From the sequence record DRR378314_2264: a stretch of DNA of 42,557 nt. One strand, written 5' to 3'. Under the pieces are notes generated by a model. That model was not told where the DNA came from. It did not search any database and worked only from the letters and a program-made list of their open reading frames with translations. The number at the start of each line of letters is the position of its first letter. Position 1 is the stretch's first letter. A program made the translations under genes and the position numbers. Shown piece after piece: positions 39,067-42,557 of the stretch.

Positions 39067-39480
39067 TCAGCGAGTGAACGGATAAACATCGGTCAGGCCG
39101 AGAATGTCAGTCACCAGTAGGATAACGAATACCGCAAACAGGGCGCCAATCACGCCGGCGCCGGCGGGCAGCTGTTCGAGTTGTTCGGCCATTTGCTGAG
39201 CTTCTGCATCGCTTAGTGCGGCAACGCGGGCTTCAACGTCATCTAGATCGACACCCTGCTTGAGCAGCTCTTCTTGCACATCTGCACGGGCGAGAATTTC
39301 ATTGATACGCTCGCGGTCAGCACCTGCGCGGTCGCCTGCTAAAACAGATTGGGTAGAGACTAAGTCTGTAGAGGTAGCGTCCATACTCTGCGGGGCTGTG
39401 GGCGCAGCGGCAACAGGTAGGCTGGTAATGACTAACGCAGCGATCAGTAAGCTTGAGAGATAAGCACGCACTTTTTTCAT
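39067..39480 (-). CDS. PA2779-family exported protein with hydrophobic C-terminus (putative peptidase substrate/precursor)
   Basis: Signal peptide MKKVRAYLSSLLIAALVITSLPVAA; GVDLDDVEARVAALSDAEA...LPAGAG; VIGALFAVFVILLVTDILGLTDVYPF. ATG 39480 with AAGGA upstream. Confidence 0.85.
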   Translation of the reverse strand: MKKVRAYLSSLLIAALVITSLPVAAAPTAPQSMDATSTDLVSTQSVLAGDRAGADRERINEILARADVQEELLKQGVDLDDVEARVAALSDAEAQQMAEQLEQLPAGAGVIGALFAVFVILLVTDILGLTDVYPFTR

Positions 39481-39580
39481 TGTCTTCATCCTTAGACGTA
39501 TCGGGGAGCAAGGTAATTTGTAACCTGAATCAATAGTATAGAAATAAACCGTACTGGATTTAAGGCGAAAACGAAAAGTG

Positions 39581-40644
39581 CTAATTATTTGCACTAATGC
39601 GGTAGGTCCAAGGGGATTCAGCTAACAGCCCTTTACCGCCCGCCATGGTCATGGCTAGGTCATGAAGCCCTGGCCATAAGGGCACCGCAGAAGCCCCTTT
39701 CACAGCAAGATCTAACCGTTGGGCCATCAGCAGGAGTTTGTGTAAACGTTTCATTGATAGGCGACTGATCGCTTTTTGGTAAGCGGGGCGGCGTTTATCA
39801 AAAATCATTGGTTTCTGAGTTTTACACGCGTGCTCAAAGCTTTGTCCCTGATCCAAATGCTGGTGCAGCGAAAGCAGGGTGCGTAGCTCGCGACTGAGTG
39901 CCCAAAGCACGATGGGAGCTTCAACCCCTTCACTGCGCAGCCCGTTAACGATACGCGAGGTCCGGCTTGGCTCTCCTTTTAAACAGGCATCCGCAAGGTT
40001 AAACACATCAAAGCGGGTGCTGTCTTCCACGCCTTGGGCAATGCTTTCAACATTAAGGCGAGTGTTAGGTGGATGAATCAGTGCGAGTTTTTGCAGCTCT
40101 TGATCAGCGGCCAACAGATTACCTTCGGTGCGCTCACCCAATAAACGAGCCGCTTCTAGGTCAATTTGCAAACCATGCAGCGATGCGCGATCCCGCAGCC
40201 AGTAGCCTAATCGCGAAGCATCAACGGGCCATACAGGTACAAATAAACCGTGTTTATCGAGTGCTTTAAACCAAGCGCTTTTTTGTTGCTTGGCGTCTAG
40301 CTTGCCCATGCTAATCAGCAGCAAGTCGTCACTGCCATCCATCAATTCCGCATACTGTGCCAGTGCTTTACTGCCATCTTGGCCAAGTTTGTGTGTCCCC
40401 AACCGCAGTTCCAGAAGCTTATTAGAGGCGAATAAAGAGAGGTTGCTGGCGGTTTCCAGCAGTCGGCCCCAGGCAAAGTTAGGCTCTACATCAAGCACTT
40501 CCCGCTCTTCAACACCCGCTTGCCGCGCGGCTGAGCGCACGGCATCACAGGCATCACGATGTTGCAGTGGCTCATCACCGGCAACAATCACCACCTTAGG
40601 CAACTTTTTTGCTAAGGCCGCGGGAAGCTGATCCGAAAATACCT

Positions 40645-40648
<4 letters not shown>
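39581..40648 (-). CDS. holA: DNA polymerase III subunit delta
   Basis: GDEPL, SLFASNKLLEL, EGNLLAADQELQKL; follows leuS-lptE. Confidence 0.95.

Positions 40649-42557
<1,909 letters not shown>

Overview
Core-chromosome window from a gammaproteobacterium, most likely Halomonadaceae (Halomonas/Vreelandella-like). This is inferred from gene order, acidic periplasmic proteins, Na+-NQR and a PhaC2/DUF3141 gene. Left to right: a partial DedA-family gene preceded by two tandem membrane proteins with degenerate GGDEF domains (minus strand); the proA-nadD-rsfS-rlmH-mrdA-rodA-mltB-rlpA-dacC-ybeD-lipB cluster; a convergent lipA of atypical subtype; a PycR/CbbR-like LysR regulator divergent from a PhaC2-like (DUF3141) Cys alpha/beta-hydrolase; topA and two hypothetical genes; an OprI/Lpp lipoprotein flanked by two different YkuD-domain enzymes; mfd / long-form gap; nqrABCDEF and nqrM with no apbE; sthA; a PA2779/PA2778-like pair (exported double-glycine-type precursor plus lipoprotein C39 peptidase); holA-lptE-leuS (partial). 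I saw no rRNA, tRNA, CRISPR, prophage or IS elements. The best candidates for an undescribed system are the precursor/C39-peptidase pair with an embedded attenuator-like hairpin, the degenerate GGDEF pair co-transcribed with DedA, and the LysR/PhaC2 module. All calls come from motif recognition by eye; no searches were run.
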